A DNA stretch of 61,751 nucleotides, filler included. It is 4 parts of 4 records of this genome, joined end to end, with 100 filler letters (N's around TTAATTAATTAA, not from the genome) between each part and the next. Parts side by side here need not be neighbours in the genome. Positions count along the whole stretch, not along the records: positions 38,802 to 61,751 come from DRR378314_1324; 3 more parts are not named here. One strand, written 5' to 3'. The position numbers were made by a program, and so were the translations under genes. Positions 48,756 to 60,893 of the stretch are shown piece by piece. The number at the start of each line of letters is the position of its first letter. Position 1 is the stretch's first letter. The notes below the pieces were generated by a model. It saw nothing but the letters and a program-made list of their open reading frames with translations, ran no database searches and was not told where the DNA came from.

Positions 48756-50422
48756 ATGGTTGAATCTGGACCTGCCCCTACTGGCGCTGGTGAGCGCGGC
48801 CGCGGTGGCTTTGGCCGTGGTTTTGGTGGTCGTGGCCGTGGCGGCGAGCGTGGCCGCGGTGGTCGCGGTGGTCGCCGCCCGCGTGGAGGTGACGACGAGA
48901 AAGGTGCGCCTCGCAGGTCTCGCGAATTGTGCCCCTTTCGCTGCATTTCGGTGAGGTGTTGGCAGTCAGTTATTGACACCATTTTGATAAATAGATACAA
49001 GGCAGAACAAGGACGCGGAATGATTGTCTTGCAAAGGTAGACTTGCCGATTGCTTGGACGGATCGGGGAAACCGCCAGCGGTGGATGCTGCTTGGGTGGG
49101 GCGGCGGCTCGCTGCGTTTGGGCGTCAGGGGGCGCCGGGGCACAGCCGCCAGCAGCCCGTGCGTAGCGTGAGCGCGTGCGGTGCGATGTGGGGCGGACTC
49201 GCCCCTCCACCCCGGCTCTTGCGGATTGTGCGGTGCCAACAGGCAGGGCACGAATAGAGGCGTATGTGCTGGGTGTTGCTTTGTGGCGGAGAGAGTGTTT
49301 GCACCGTTGTGCTCCGCGTGTGCGTGTGCGGGCATCCGTAGAGCAAGCAGCGTGCACCGCTGTGGTGTTCCCCCGAGCGGTAGTGTTCTGTATTCCTGCG
49401 CGTCAAAGTGCTTGTGCTAGGGGTATTGACGAGACACTCTCGCGTGTCGTATATGCTTTTCTCGTTCCTCGCGTTCGCAACGATATCCATAGCGCTGTCA
49501 TTGGTGACTTTTTTATTATTAAAAAGCGCATTTGTCTTTCTTGAATATCATTGGATATCTGGAAACGCCAAGGCACCCCAGTTGGCAAGCGTGTGCGCGC
49601 AAAGGGACGCGAAACTGTGGGTAGTGCAGTGTGGAGTGTACTACTGCGAACCAGGGGCTGAAGGTGGATGCACTTGGCGCGGCTCCTACCGAACGGAGAC
49701 GTGGTTTCGCTCATGTGCTCTTTTTCTCCGCATTGTGGTTCGCAGAATGGGTGCCGGCGACGAAGCTTGGCCGCCTCGTAAAGGATGGCAAGATCTCGAG
49801 CATTGAGCAGGTGTACCTGTTCTCTCTCCCGATCAAGGAGTCGCAGATTGTCGACTACTTCATGAAGGACCGCCTCAAGGATGAGGTGCTGAAGATTCAC
49901 CCCGTCCAGAAACAGACAACGGCCGGTCAGCGTACGCGCTTCAAGGCTTATGTGTGCGTCGGCGATATGGATGGTCACGTCGGTCTCGGCGTCAAGTGCT
50001 CGAGCGAAGTCGCGACTGCGATTCGCGGTGCCATCACGCTCGCGAAGCTGAATCTCGCGCCGGTGCGCCTCGGTTACTGGGGCAGCCGTCTCGGTAAGCC
50101 GCACACCGTCCCGATGAAGGTCTCGGGCAAGACCGGATCCGTCATGATCCGTCTCGTGCCGGCTCCGCGCGGAACTGGCCTCGCCGCCGCCCGTGCTCCG
50201 AAGAAGATGCTTGAGTTCGCCGGTGTGCAGGACTGCTACACCCAGTCCCGTGGTCACCAGCGTACGCTTGGTAACTACGCCAAGGCCACCTTCGAGGCGC
50301 TCCGCCGCACGTACAGCTACCTGACGCCCGATCTGTGGACGGAGACCAAGTTCCTCAAGTCGCCGTACCAGGAGTTCACTGACTACCTCGCGAAGACGTC
50401 GAAGAAGGTCTCTGCCGAGTAA
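48756..50422 (+). CDS. RPS2: 40S ribosomal protein S2 (uS5), exons 48756-48903 and 49746-50422
   Basis: RGG-rich N-terminus; [46 protein letters not shown]. Confidence 0.98.
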
Positions 50423-50720
50423 ACGTGATTGCCAGGGCAGCGCGTTTTTGTACCTCTTGCATGGGTACTTTGGCAGCAACAGAGCTGGCTTCTCAATGAA
50501 CCGCAGTGGTTCCTACCGCTTTGTGCCCGCCCACTTTCGAATCTCGCATATCCACTGTATTTTTATTTCATTGTATTTGCGTAACCGGGGCCCCATTGTG
50601 ATAAGCAAACGTTTGCACGCGTGGCACGTTCCTGGCGCGATGGTAGTAGGCCAAAGAGAAGTATGTACCACTGGCCGCTCCCCGCGAGCACTGCACCTAT
50701 ACTGCCCGGCAGCGCGCTTC

Positions 50721-53203
50721 TTACTCACCGAACACGCGAGACTTGACGCCTTCGCTCACGTTTCCGCCACAGAGAAGCACAGCCACGTTCTTTCCCGCTA
50801 ATGCTCCCGCGCGCTTCACGAGCGCAGCTGCAAAATAGGGCGTAGCGTATACCAGCGTCCATTTCAGAGAGACACAAGTATCGGTACTGCGTGCTGCAGT
50901 AAGCCAAGGCGCTCGCGCGGATGTGCTGCTGGCTTGCGCCTCGTACCGTAGGCTACGCCGGCCGATCCTTCCACTGTCATGCCTTCTTCGCATTTTAGTT
51001 GTCGCATAGCATCTGCGCCGTATTAGCAGTCGCGCACAGCCCGAATAGCAGCCCTCAGTTTCGCACAGTGGAACATGGCCACGCTCACGGGGAGGGACGG
51101 AGTGCCATCGCCGACGTAGTGCTCCCTCGTGCGACACGGGCCGTTGTGTGGATAGGTCGCCCACCTGCGATTTCGTCCTCTGAGACCAGCACAAACTCGT
51201 CAACAACTTCTTGTACGATGGGAAAGGTTATTGATCCGGGCTCAATCCCGCCCGCCGTGCCGTCGGAGAGCGTTGGCAGCGACTCGATCTCGACAATCCT
51301 TCCGCATTTCACTGAGGCATGCATTGCTGGAGCAGCGACATCATGGGGAAAGGCAGGTGGTGCGCGAGACAGAATTATGGACAGCTCAGCATGCACAACA
51401 AGTCCGAAAGGTACGCACATGATTGCAGTGGACAAAACGACTTGGCAAACCACTTTTGCTTCTCCCCCTTAGGGCCGCAAAACAATGGGTGCTCTGCGGT
51501 ATCCCTCTCTACATCTCCACTCTGCGCACGAGTTCGCGGAGCTGGTCGTACCGGCGTCGTTCGCTGGCTGGCAGCCCACCACCCGCACTCGCTTCTCCCC
51601 TTGCTCTGCCGCTCCGCGCAAATAACCGCCAATACCAGACACGAGTCCACCTCCACCCACAGCGATGAAAACAGTATCGATATCCGGGGCATCCTCTAGT
51701 ATTTCGGCACCAATCGTTCCCTGGGCGCAGAGTAGCGGGAGACAGCAGGAAAACCGTGGGATGAGGGGGAAATGCTGAGGCAGATTGTACCCTGTTGTCC
51801 CAAGGCGAACATGAACTCAGACAAGAAACACGGGTATGAAAGATGAGAAGAACCGTGAAACATGGCATGTTCAACAAATAATAAAACTGACGCTGTGATG
51901 GGCGGTAGCGGGATCCGCACGGCGGCTCTTGCAAGCAAACGCGCGAGCAGTGGCCAGAGAAATCACTCGCGGCGGGAAACGGGAACAGCAGGATGGCTAC
52001 TGCGACGCACGGGATCGCATCGCGGGGGCGTTGCTAAGAATCCCCAGTGGCGTAGAGTAGCAAATGTCACACGAAAAATATGGTTGAACGCAATCCAAAT
52101 GCGAGCCGTATTTCTGCTCAATCTCTCATTCGTGGAAGCCGACCGCACGGATCGCGCGAGCGACGCAGCATACCTGGCCAGCGAGCACCAAACGGTCGTT
52201 GTACGGCGATATCCACTCCATGCGGTTCTCTGCAGCAAACCGCTTTCCCGCCGCCTACAGCGGAAGCCAAGACCACAATTTGAACAGAAGGTAACCAATA
52301 TTGAAGAAAAATGAATGCAAGGTAGCGAGGGAGAAATAGATATTCTCTTCTTCTCCTTCTAGATGTCATCGCGGCGCGTCGCGACGTGCCGCGACGCTGG
52401 GTACGCACCTCGGCTTCGTCGCACGTCTGTCCGACTTGGCGAATCTCGACGCGCGGAGCGTACGCCTCGATTCTGAATTCCAGCGCATGCGTTCGCGTAT
52501 ACAATATGTAAATATAGAACAGGTTGAAAGCAAATGGTTAAGGTGAGGAAAATGAACATGGTGGAGAGGAATGAGAGCGTGTGAGAGTGCGGAGCGAGCG
52601 ACGCACTTGGCAACTTTCCCCTGGTTTGCAGTTGAAGGGAGGAAGATGATCGCTCTGCCGCTCGCGCACGTAGCGAGCGCCTCGCTCACTGCCAGTGCAT
52701 GATTTCCTGCAGGTTACAATTGAAAAAAGTACAAAGCGCAATGTGTACACAAATATGAGCGCGGTCGTTCTGGCGTATTTCTGGTGCAGGACACAGGAAA
52801 GGCACTGTCGCCGTACCTGTCGAAGCGGTTACGACTCCGCGCGAGAGCTCATCAATTGCGAGCGCGCGGATGCGGTTGAGTGCGCCGCGAAACTTGAAAG
52901 AATTTGTCACCTGCGGTTAGCAGACACACCAATACAGCGAATCAACAACAGAACAAGAACACGAATACTTATATTGCAGAGCCCCAATCGCAAAGGAACA
53001 GGAAACGCGAACGGTGCGCACGTGCGTGCTGAGCGCTGTGCTCGCGGAAGCGCCGCGGCGGAACTTTCCTGTTCGTGTTCGCATTTCAGGAACACGTTGC
53101 AGCCGAGCTTGGCAGACAACTTCGTGGAGTGAAAGAGCCTCGTGCGTTTCGCATGCGGTGCAATGCGACTGCGGGCAAGTTGGACAGCGGCGTGCACGTC
53201 CAT
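50721..53203 (-). CDS. PLP-dependent threonine/serine dehydratase (short form, no ACT domain), about 9 exons
   Basis: KCEHEQ|VTNSFKFRGA, TASTGNHA, ISPYND..LAGQGTIG, VGGGGLVSG, TLSDGTAGGIEPG, VEGSAG, LCGGN. Confidence 0.9.
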
Positions 53204-54043
53204 AGCCAGGCAGCGGACCGGCGCGGCTTGCGGACGCTGTGCGCGCGCAGTGCGCCGCTGCGCGGTCGCGGCAGTGCTGCGAGTTATTGACGGGAGTGCT
53301 AATAGTGTGGTGTAAAAATAGACACAGGAAGCAGTTCCGGCTGCTTTCCCGCCTTTGTCGCCGAACGAGCGCCAAATTACGCCGCGCCAGTGCTCAATAG
53401 AGTCAGTCGGTAGCAGTCGGGGAAAAATTGTATATTTACAAACGCTTAATGCAGCTTCGGGAAAACTGGCAAGGTTGCATCGACTGATGCCAGGCGGGCG
53501 GAGACCGAGGGCCGGGAGACGGCAGAAACACTTCACGCGAATCAGCAGCTCCTCCTTCGGCCGTGATCTACCCTGATTTCTCCCTTTATGCGCAGCCAAA
53601 TGCGAACAAGTCCGCCTCTTCAATCCAAGATGCGGAATTCACAAAAATTACATAAAAATTATCCAGCACGTAACCGAATCGGTGACGCTGGCACAAAGGA
53701 ACCGTGCGCGCGCGCGAGAGAGAGAGTACGAGAGACGACGAAGAAGAGCAGGAGGAAGACTGGAACAAATACGATCGACGAACAAGCCGGACAGCAACGA
53801 TTTCGATATCTGTTGCCGCATATACGCGCTGCTCCGAGTAGAGAGCACCATGCATTCACACTGTCCAATCGCAATCGATAAATAAGTAACCTAATGCACG
53901 CTCAGGAGGGACCGGCAAGAAGCGCGGCTGAGGATCGCGCGTCGGTAAGTGCAAGCGGAGCGATGGAGCAGCTGCTCAGCTCCTCTCGAGCAAGCGACAT
54001 TCCTTGTTGTTCTCAAGCACTTGCCGCTTGCCTCGCAGCATCC

Positions 54044-57000
54044 TTAGGATGACGGGCAGTTTTCTAACGACATCAATATTTTTCGCGCTTTGTTATGTAA
54101 GACATTGTACTCGGTCTGCAAAGCGGCAATTGTCGCTCGCTTTGCCGAAAACGCCTTGGCGATTCGGTTCCTGAAGAAAGCAATACATGGCGCAACCACA
54201 TCGCAACATCGTGTTCCTTCTTCATGAGACAAAGCGTCGCAGGAACACCGAATGGAAATCACTGCGTACATCTTTTAGACAAACATAACAGAGAAGAATC
54301 ATCCCGCGTTTTTGAGATTGCCGGTATCTGCGCAACGTACTCGGCTGCTTGCAGATCTGTTTGCGAACGGCTTTGAAGCAACGCGGTCGCCATGCCACGA
54401 AAGGTGGCCGAATTCTGCTCGAGCAGCGAATCGACTTCCAGCAGGCGCGCGCGGATCCTCTTGTACTCCATCACCATCTCCTTGGCCTCTTCCTTGCGCT
54501 TTTCCGGGTTTGCAGGTAGCTTACACTCAATATCTCCGTCCCGGGGCCTGCTGCCGCTGCATTTATCCTCAACTATGGAAGCAAACGTAGAGCATCACAC
54601 GGAACGTGAGATGAAACTGTAGATCCCAACGGCACGAACGCACCGAGGCATTCGGTAGCGCGTCGCCGTTGCACAACGCGGCGCCATTTCGAAAAGTACG
54701 GAGCTGCGCCAGCGAATAGCAGACGCGTGTGTTTGCAAAATCACCCGCGATCGCGTGCTGCCGCGACTCAACGGCGTATCACGTACCGGCTCCTGCGGGG
54801 TGAGCACGCGCCTGTGTGTCGACAGCAATCACCGGCGCGCTGGTGCTTGTTGGCGTTGTTGGAAGGTTCCCCGCATTATTCGTCGTTTCTTGGGCTGTAG
54901 GTTGCGCTAGCGCGCTTGGCCGTATCCTTGCCGAGCTGGCATTTACCACGCGAGCCTACACAAGGAAGCCGAGTGTGGCAAATTTCGAGGAGGAGCAGCA
55001 GACGATTGTTCAGTTTCACACGTGAATCCACTGCACCGATAAGGACACCGGAGCTACCAATACGGGGTGACTGCCTGGACAAATCGCCTGCAGCTGTAAC
55101 TGTGTATCATGTAAGGCAAGGGATTCATGTGGTGCACGAGAGAGGGGGAAAGTGCAAGGGCGCATGACAGCGCTTCGGCGCCGTGAGATCGCACCTTCAT
55201 ACGCTCGCGCGCCGCAGCGCACGCCGCTTTGGAGGACCACAGATGGGGACTGTACTCGATAGACGCTGCTGCAGACGGCAGCGCCGAAAAAATCACTTTA
55301 CTTCCCACCGTAGATCGCCGGCTCACCTGCGCAAACACACGGAAAATGATCCGAAAATGAGGCACAACACCGGAGCAAGAAACGATACAGGCGAAAAACG
55401 GCCATGAGGAGTCTTTCACACCACAGAATTCTGAGGTAAACCGACGAAAATTACCGCATCTAACCCGTACACGAGACACTACAGCACTTGCCTCGCTATT
55501 GGTTTTTATCGTTTTTCTTTCTTGATGAATGCAAGTGATTTAGGAGTGCAGCATCTCAGGATACTGGAAGAAAACCCCACGCCATTGTACATCAATCACC
55601 GCACCGGCTATAATCTCTCTAGTATGTTTGAGATGAATCCATTAGCAACCGCATACGTGGAACGCGCAGCATCGCAGGTACTGCAACATACTTTAACTGG
55701 AATCCGTGGTTCAAGTGGATGGGGGGAATATACCTGATTGGCGACGATGTCCACGTTTTCATTCATGCCGTACGCTCGACATCGGCTCCGCAATTCTTCC
55801 AACGTGCACGACCCGTCAGCGAGAGCTCGAAGTACAACTTGCATAGGCGCACCCGGCGTGCCGTGGAAATTTCCTTCACCCATCGACCCAGATTGCGACG
55901 AAGTATTCAATGAAGGTGTCGTATCCAATGCTTTGTGAGACTGCGGAGAAGCTGTCGCGGGCGATACGGCAGAACTGGCGGAAGGCGCCAGCCGGACTAG
56001 AATCAAAAGCAAACAAAGCACCGAGCGGTGAAGCGAAGAGTAAGCACTTACGACAACACTGCCGCGCATGAACTGCGACTTTCGACCGATATTCTCATAG
56101 AGAACATAGCGGTACTTCGCGTCACACAATACACCAATAGCGTAAGATACACTGAGAAAAGAGGTAAGCAAAGCGAGAGCTTTGCTGCGTCGGCGACACG
56201 CGCAAGCAACATGCCCCAATGACCGCCCACCCGGCGCAAACGTACGGTGTGAGCGCTGCGACGCGCCTGCAGTGCGCTTCAGTATCTTTTGTTGCAGCGT
56301 ACGCGACGCATTGGTTACAGGGCCTGCCAGTCGAGAGCGCTTTACACGAGTAGGTTTCTCGCGAATCGTTGCTGTGGTACGCGATCGCTTCAGCTCTTCG
56401 GCTCGCTGCGAGGCGTTCTTGACGCGTTCCTGGACAGACGAACCAAGCTGTCGACTAGCGGCAAGCCGCCCAGCAAACGCGCCTACGTCGCGCAGACCTC
56501 CTGGCTGAAGAGATAGAAACTGCACACCAATGCAAGGCACGGAGTATAAGAGAAACAGTGAGAACAGATCTATTTCGCTATTTCATACTATTACGGGCTC
56601 CTGCAGCCACGTGGCGCGCTCGTCGCGGGTACAGCAGGCTGCTCACGCCATAGGAAAAGGGTTCCGCATCCGATCGGGCTCGCGAAGGGCGTACCTGCTC
56701 GGCGCCCTCCGACGACGCTGGGACGGAATTTACATGAAACACGTCTGAACCCACACGAATGTACTGCGGAAGCAAACATCAAGCGCACATAAGACCAAGC
56801 TACATGTGAGTTACGCATACATGAGGAGGAAGAAAAACGTGCCGCACGCAGCGCTTCGACGTTTGCGTCATTGTTCGACGGCAAGCGGCCTTGCAGAAAC
56901 AGCGCACAACCCGCACACAGCCGTGCGGCTAGCAAGCACTGTCGTAGTGCATGGTATCCTTTTACAGCTGGCATTTAGTCTTCACCAGAGACACGATACA

Positions 57001-57353
57001 ACACTGTGCGCAACAAATTCGACACGATATAGAGTTCTTTACCGCATAATGGTGCCTAACGAGGTACAGCATACGCATCGGGCGCGCGACCTCGCCCGCT
57101 ATAAACACGTCGACGTTGCCACAATGCGAGTGTGGCAACTGCGGTGCTGCTGCGCCCGCCACGCGCGACAGAAACGTACCCGAACAGACCCGGACGCGTC
57201 CGTACCGACCGCACAACTGGGCGACCCTGCTCTTGCGAGAGCTTCATCAAGCGCAGAACTGGCACTAAATGCATACACCACATTTTCGTTTCCGTCGAAA
57301 ACTTGCGTTCCTGGCCTCGGGGGCGGGATCGAAGCGCCGTCCAGCAGACGCAT
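54044..57353 (-). CDS. Probable RNA polymerase II elongation factor ELL-like protein, multi-exon
   Basis: N-domain ..RVKNASQRAEELKRSRTTATI; winged-helix-like VVLRALADG..TLEEL..VANQ|V; Occludin/ELL-like C-terminus EYKRIRARL...F..MATAL...EYNVLHNKARKI*. Boundaries approximate. Confidence 0.55.
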
Positions 57354-59305
57354 GCTCTCGACTATGCCCGCACGGAAGCTTCCGCAGCGCCGCAAGGCCT
57401 CGGCCAGCACGGCCTTATCGCACAGTAAATGGTGAGGCGGCTCTGCGCTCCACCGAGCAAAAGCCTACGCGGCGGAAACACCAGCGCTCGTCACTTCTAG
57501 CCAGTATGAGTCTGGCGTTGACGAAAACGCTCGCCGCAAGGAGGACACAGAAGTGGCCCGCGGCGCGCGAGCTCGAAGCCGGACGCCGTCCGCCTCCGAC
57601 GGAGAAAGAGAGTTCCTCCGTTGCCCTGTGCACACGGAACGCAGCCGCCAGCGCACCGAGGCTGGACAACAAAAGTAGGCGACTCTGCGGCCCCGGTGGT
57701 TGTGCTGTCAAATTTCACGTCAAGAAAAAAGAATGGTGAGGCAACGGGGCGGCAAAGCGTTCGCTATGCACTCCCTGTTTCTCTGATGTTTCTTTCTTCT
57801 AGAAATACCACTGTCCGAATCGACGCGTGCTTGAGGAGGCAATCCAGAAAAGGGGCCTCGCGCTCGCAACTTTCGGGGTGCTCGGTCGGTTGCCGCGTTT
57901 GACCAAAAGGTCTCCTTGGGCCCTCCGGAGCCCAAGAAGGAACATTGGCTGAACAAGACCGGGTGCTTCGGTTCCTTACCGGGTCCTTGCGCGCAGGGAG
58001 TGCCGCCAATTGCCCCCACGAGTGGGACATCGCTGTCTTCCACATGCGGTAATACGAATGGATGCGTTGCACCTCTGTTTTTTGAGCTGCAAAACTGAAA
58101 GAAATTGTCTTGGTAAACTGCAACGAGTGGGCTACCCGCCACAGTCAAGGAGACAATTGGCAAATTTATCGCGACATACCCAGAGCTTGCTGCACGCCCA
58201 CGGAGTGCTCACGAAGGGAAGCGCACTTCCTTCCGCGGTATTCAGAACTCAGCTAACTGTGGCATTCTTGTCACACTAGTTGCCAGAATGTGTGTCATGC
58301 GTCCAAGAAATCGAAAAAGAAGGAGCATAGAACACATGCTTTCTGAGACTTAATCGCACGAAGCAAGATAGCAGGCGATTGCAGTACTTCAGATAAAGTA
58401 AGGAAACAAAGGAGCCCTCTGCGAAAAGGAAGAAAGAAACGCGTTCAGGGCCCGGTGGACTGGAATGAACGTGGGACACGCACGCAACGGGGCATATCGC
58501 ACGCGCATCTCGCTTCTGAAAGAATCGGTGGCGCTGTATATTCCCACGCATATCTGAATGTGCGCGCGTGGCTACATTTGGACTCGGCACGGGCGCTGGG
58601 CTTGCTGAAAGCACTAGACAGGAGTATCCCACACGCATTAGGTGCATGGGCGATCTGGTGGTCAGCCACGACCGGCACCTAGGTGTACATAATGGATCCC
58701 CCCTTGTGCCAGGTTGCGGACCGATCCTGTGCTTGGTGTGCGCGAGGGGCAACCGGGCGGCCAGTGCTTTTTCATAGCCGGGCTGCTGCTCACGCAAAAC
58801 AGCACTGCTGTCTCCGTGGTACTCATGGGCGACTTGAGAAAGGTCCGCTCTTGATTTCGCTCTATATTGTGCTGCATGGATAGACAAACGAAAAACTGCG
58901 TTGGGTGCCTGCGTAGAATCGCTAGGCGCTCCGATCTCGCCAGAACAAGTGCTGCTCGCAAGCGCCTCGGCGGCACTCTTCCAGCGCAGCGCCACGCACA
59001 GGCTCGAGGCACCACTGGTTGTTGTGGCTTCTGTTTTGTGCTGGCGACGGCGCACGGCTCCCGTGTAGCGCTCTCGTGGAGACTTCGATCAAATTCACGG
59101 AATCCTATTCATGTTGTATCTTTGAACGTACTCGTTAGCTCTGTTGTTTTCGCTGGCACCGCTACGATGTGGCGCACATCCCAAGGCAATATGTGTTCAG
59201 TGCGGACTTGAGCGCAGTTGGCTGTGTATGTTCCCCGCAGCTGCGCACATCCGTACCGCGACGCGGAACTCAGTGTGTGCGGCCGTGTTTCTCGTTCCTG
59301 AGTAG

Positions 59306-60893
59306 GTTGGAGATACTAAAGAGTACGAGGATGTCACTTGGGAGGATCAACAGAAAATCAACCGTTTCAGCACTTTGAATAACCGGCAAGATGAGATTCG
59401 CGCAAGGCTGAAGGATAAGCGAGTACGTGCGAGCGCAGCCAACCGCTGGTGCGACTCGCTGCCGAGCTTCCCCCTTGTGTATCCTGCAGAGCAGGAGTGG
59501 GCATAGGCTGCGAAAGCGGCGCGATGCGACGTGCTAGCAAGAAAATCCCTCGCACGAAATCTTTGATTTCTACGTTTTATATGGGGGTCCTGTGAAAAGG
59601 GGATTCGCGCAAATATTCGTCCTCTTTAGATATTGTAATGCTAACAGGAGTGTTTGGTGTTGGTTCCTGTCGCCCGCGTCGGTGCCGGTGGTAGCGTTAG
59701 GCGGCGCTCCCGGCCGTGTTCGTAAGTAAACACGCAGTGCAGCACGGAACCATTTTCGAGTGCGCCCTCGTATCACGACGCCGAGATATGCGCTTTTGCT
59801 GGTTTTAGTCGCCACGTTGGTTTTGCACAGAGGGCGGAGTTCGCTGTGTGTACCGGCCCCGCGCTGGAGATAGGCGAACAGCCTTTCCCGTACGCTTGGT
59901 GCGCTTCGCACTGCCCGCTTGTGCTTGCGCGCGCGCGTTGTTGTGCGCTGGAACACCGCTGCCTCTCGACGGCGCGAGTATTGCCAGTTGCAGCACAGTG
60001 CGGGAAGGGATCTCACCGATTGCGCCTGAATTCGCGGACTATGTATATATGCACAGGAAATTCTTGCGAATGCAGACGATGCTCAGAGCGAACTCATTAT
60101 CGCCGAAGACGACGAAGATACCGTGTACTTCCGCATCGGAGAATCGTTTGTGAAGATTTCCAAGGTGCGTCGTCGCTGCTCTCGTTTCAAAGCTTGCCTC
60201 TCGCTGGCGAGTGCCCGCTATGCCTGATCCGGTTCGACCTTTTTCTCACATATGGGCAGTGTGCATTGCTTCGATAGTCTTTATGCAATGTATGTTTTCA
60301 TGCTCTCCTGCCAAGGAGCTCGCTGACGGGCTGCACTTCTGTCATCTCACAAGCTCCATGCATTGTGCGTGCCTGCCGCCCTGCTTCATTCTATCCAGGA
60401 CGAAGCGGACGAGCGCCTTGGGGAACTTGCTTCAAAAACAACTGCAGAAATTGAGAAACTCAACCACGAGGTATGTCGAGGCGGATGGTGATGTGCAGTC
60501 GGATGCATGGTCGCAACGCTGTGTACAGCAGAGTAGTCATGAAATGCCGCGCCACGGCATGTGTTTCCCCAGCAGCTGCGAAATGGCATGGGTGTGCTGC
60601 GGAGCCATGCTGACGAGAACCTCTTAATAGCCGTCTGCACTGCCTTACCTTTTGTGGCATTAATTGTATTTCGAAGTTTTAATGTCTCTTCCAAGGCACC
60701 TGAGTACCCCTGAATCATGTGGAAACAGAGTTAAGCGCAGTACTGGAACGATCATGTTGCTATTGGTGTGCGCGCCATGTGTGCTATCTTGCAGCTCTCA
60801 GTCATTGATACCGAAAGCACAGGGCTCAAGGTTGCTCTCAAGGCGAAGTTTGGGTCCTCCATCAATCTCGAGGTGCGTTTGCGAAACTTATGA
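59306..60893 (+). CDS. PFDN4: Prefoldin subunit 4, multi-exon (59306-59421, 60057-60164, 60399-60470, 60795-60872; start exon not located)
   Basis: VTWEDQQKINRFS, DAQSELIIAED..VYFRIGESF, LKVALKAKFGSSINLE. Confidence 0.92.
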
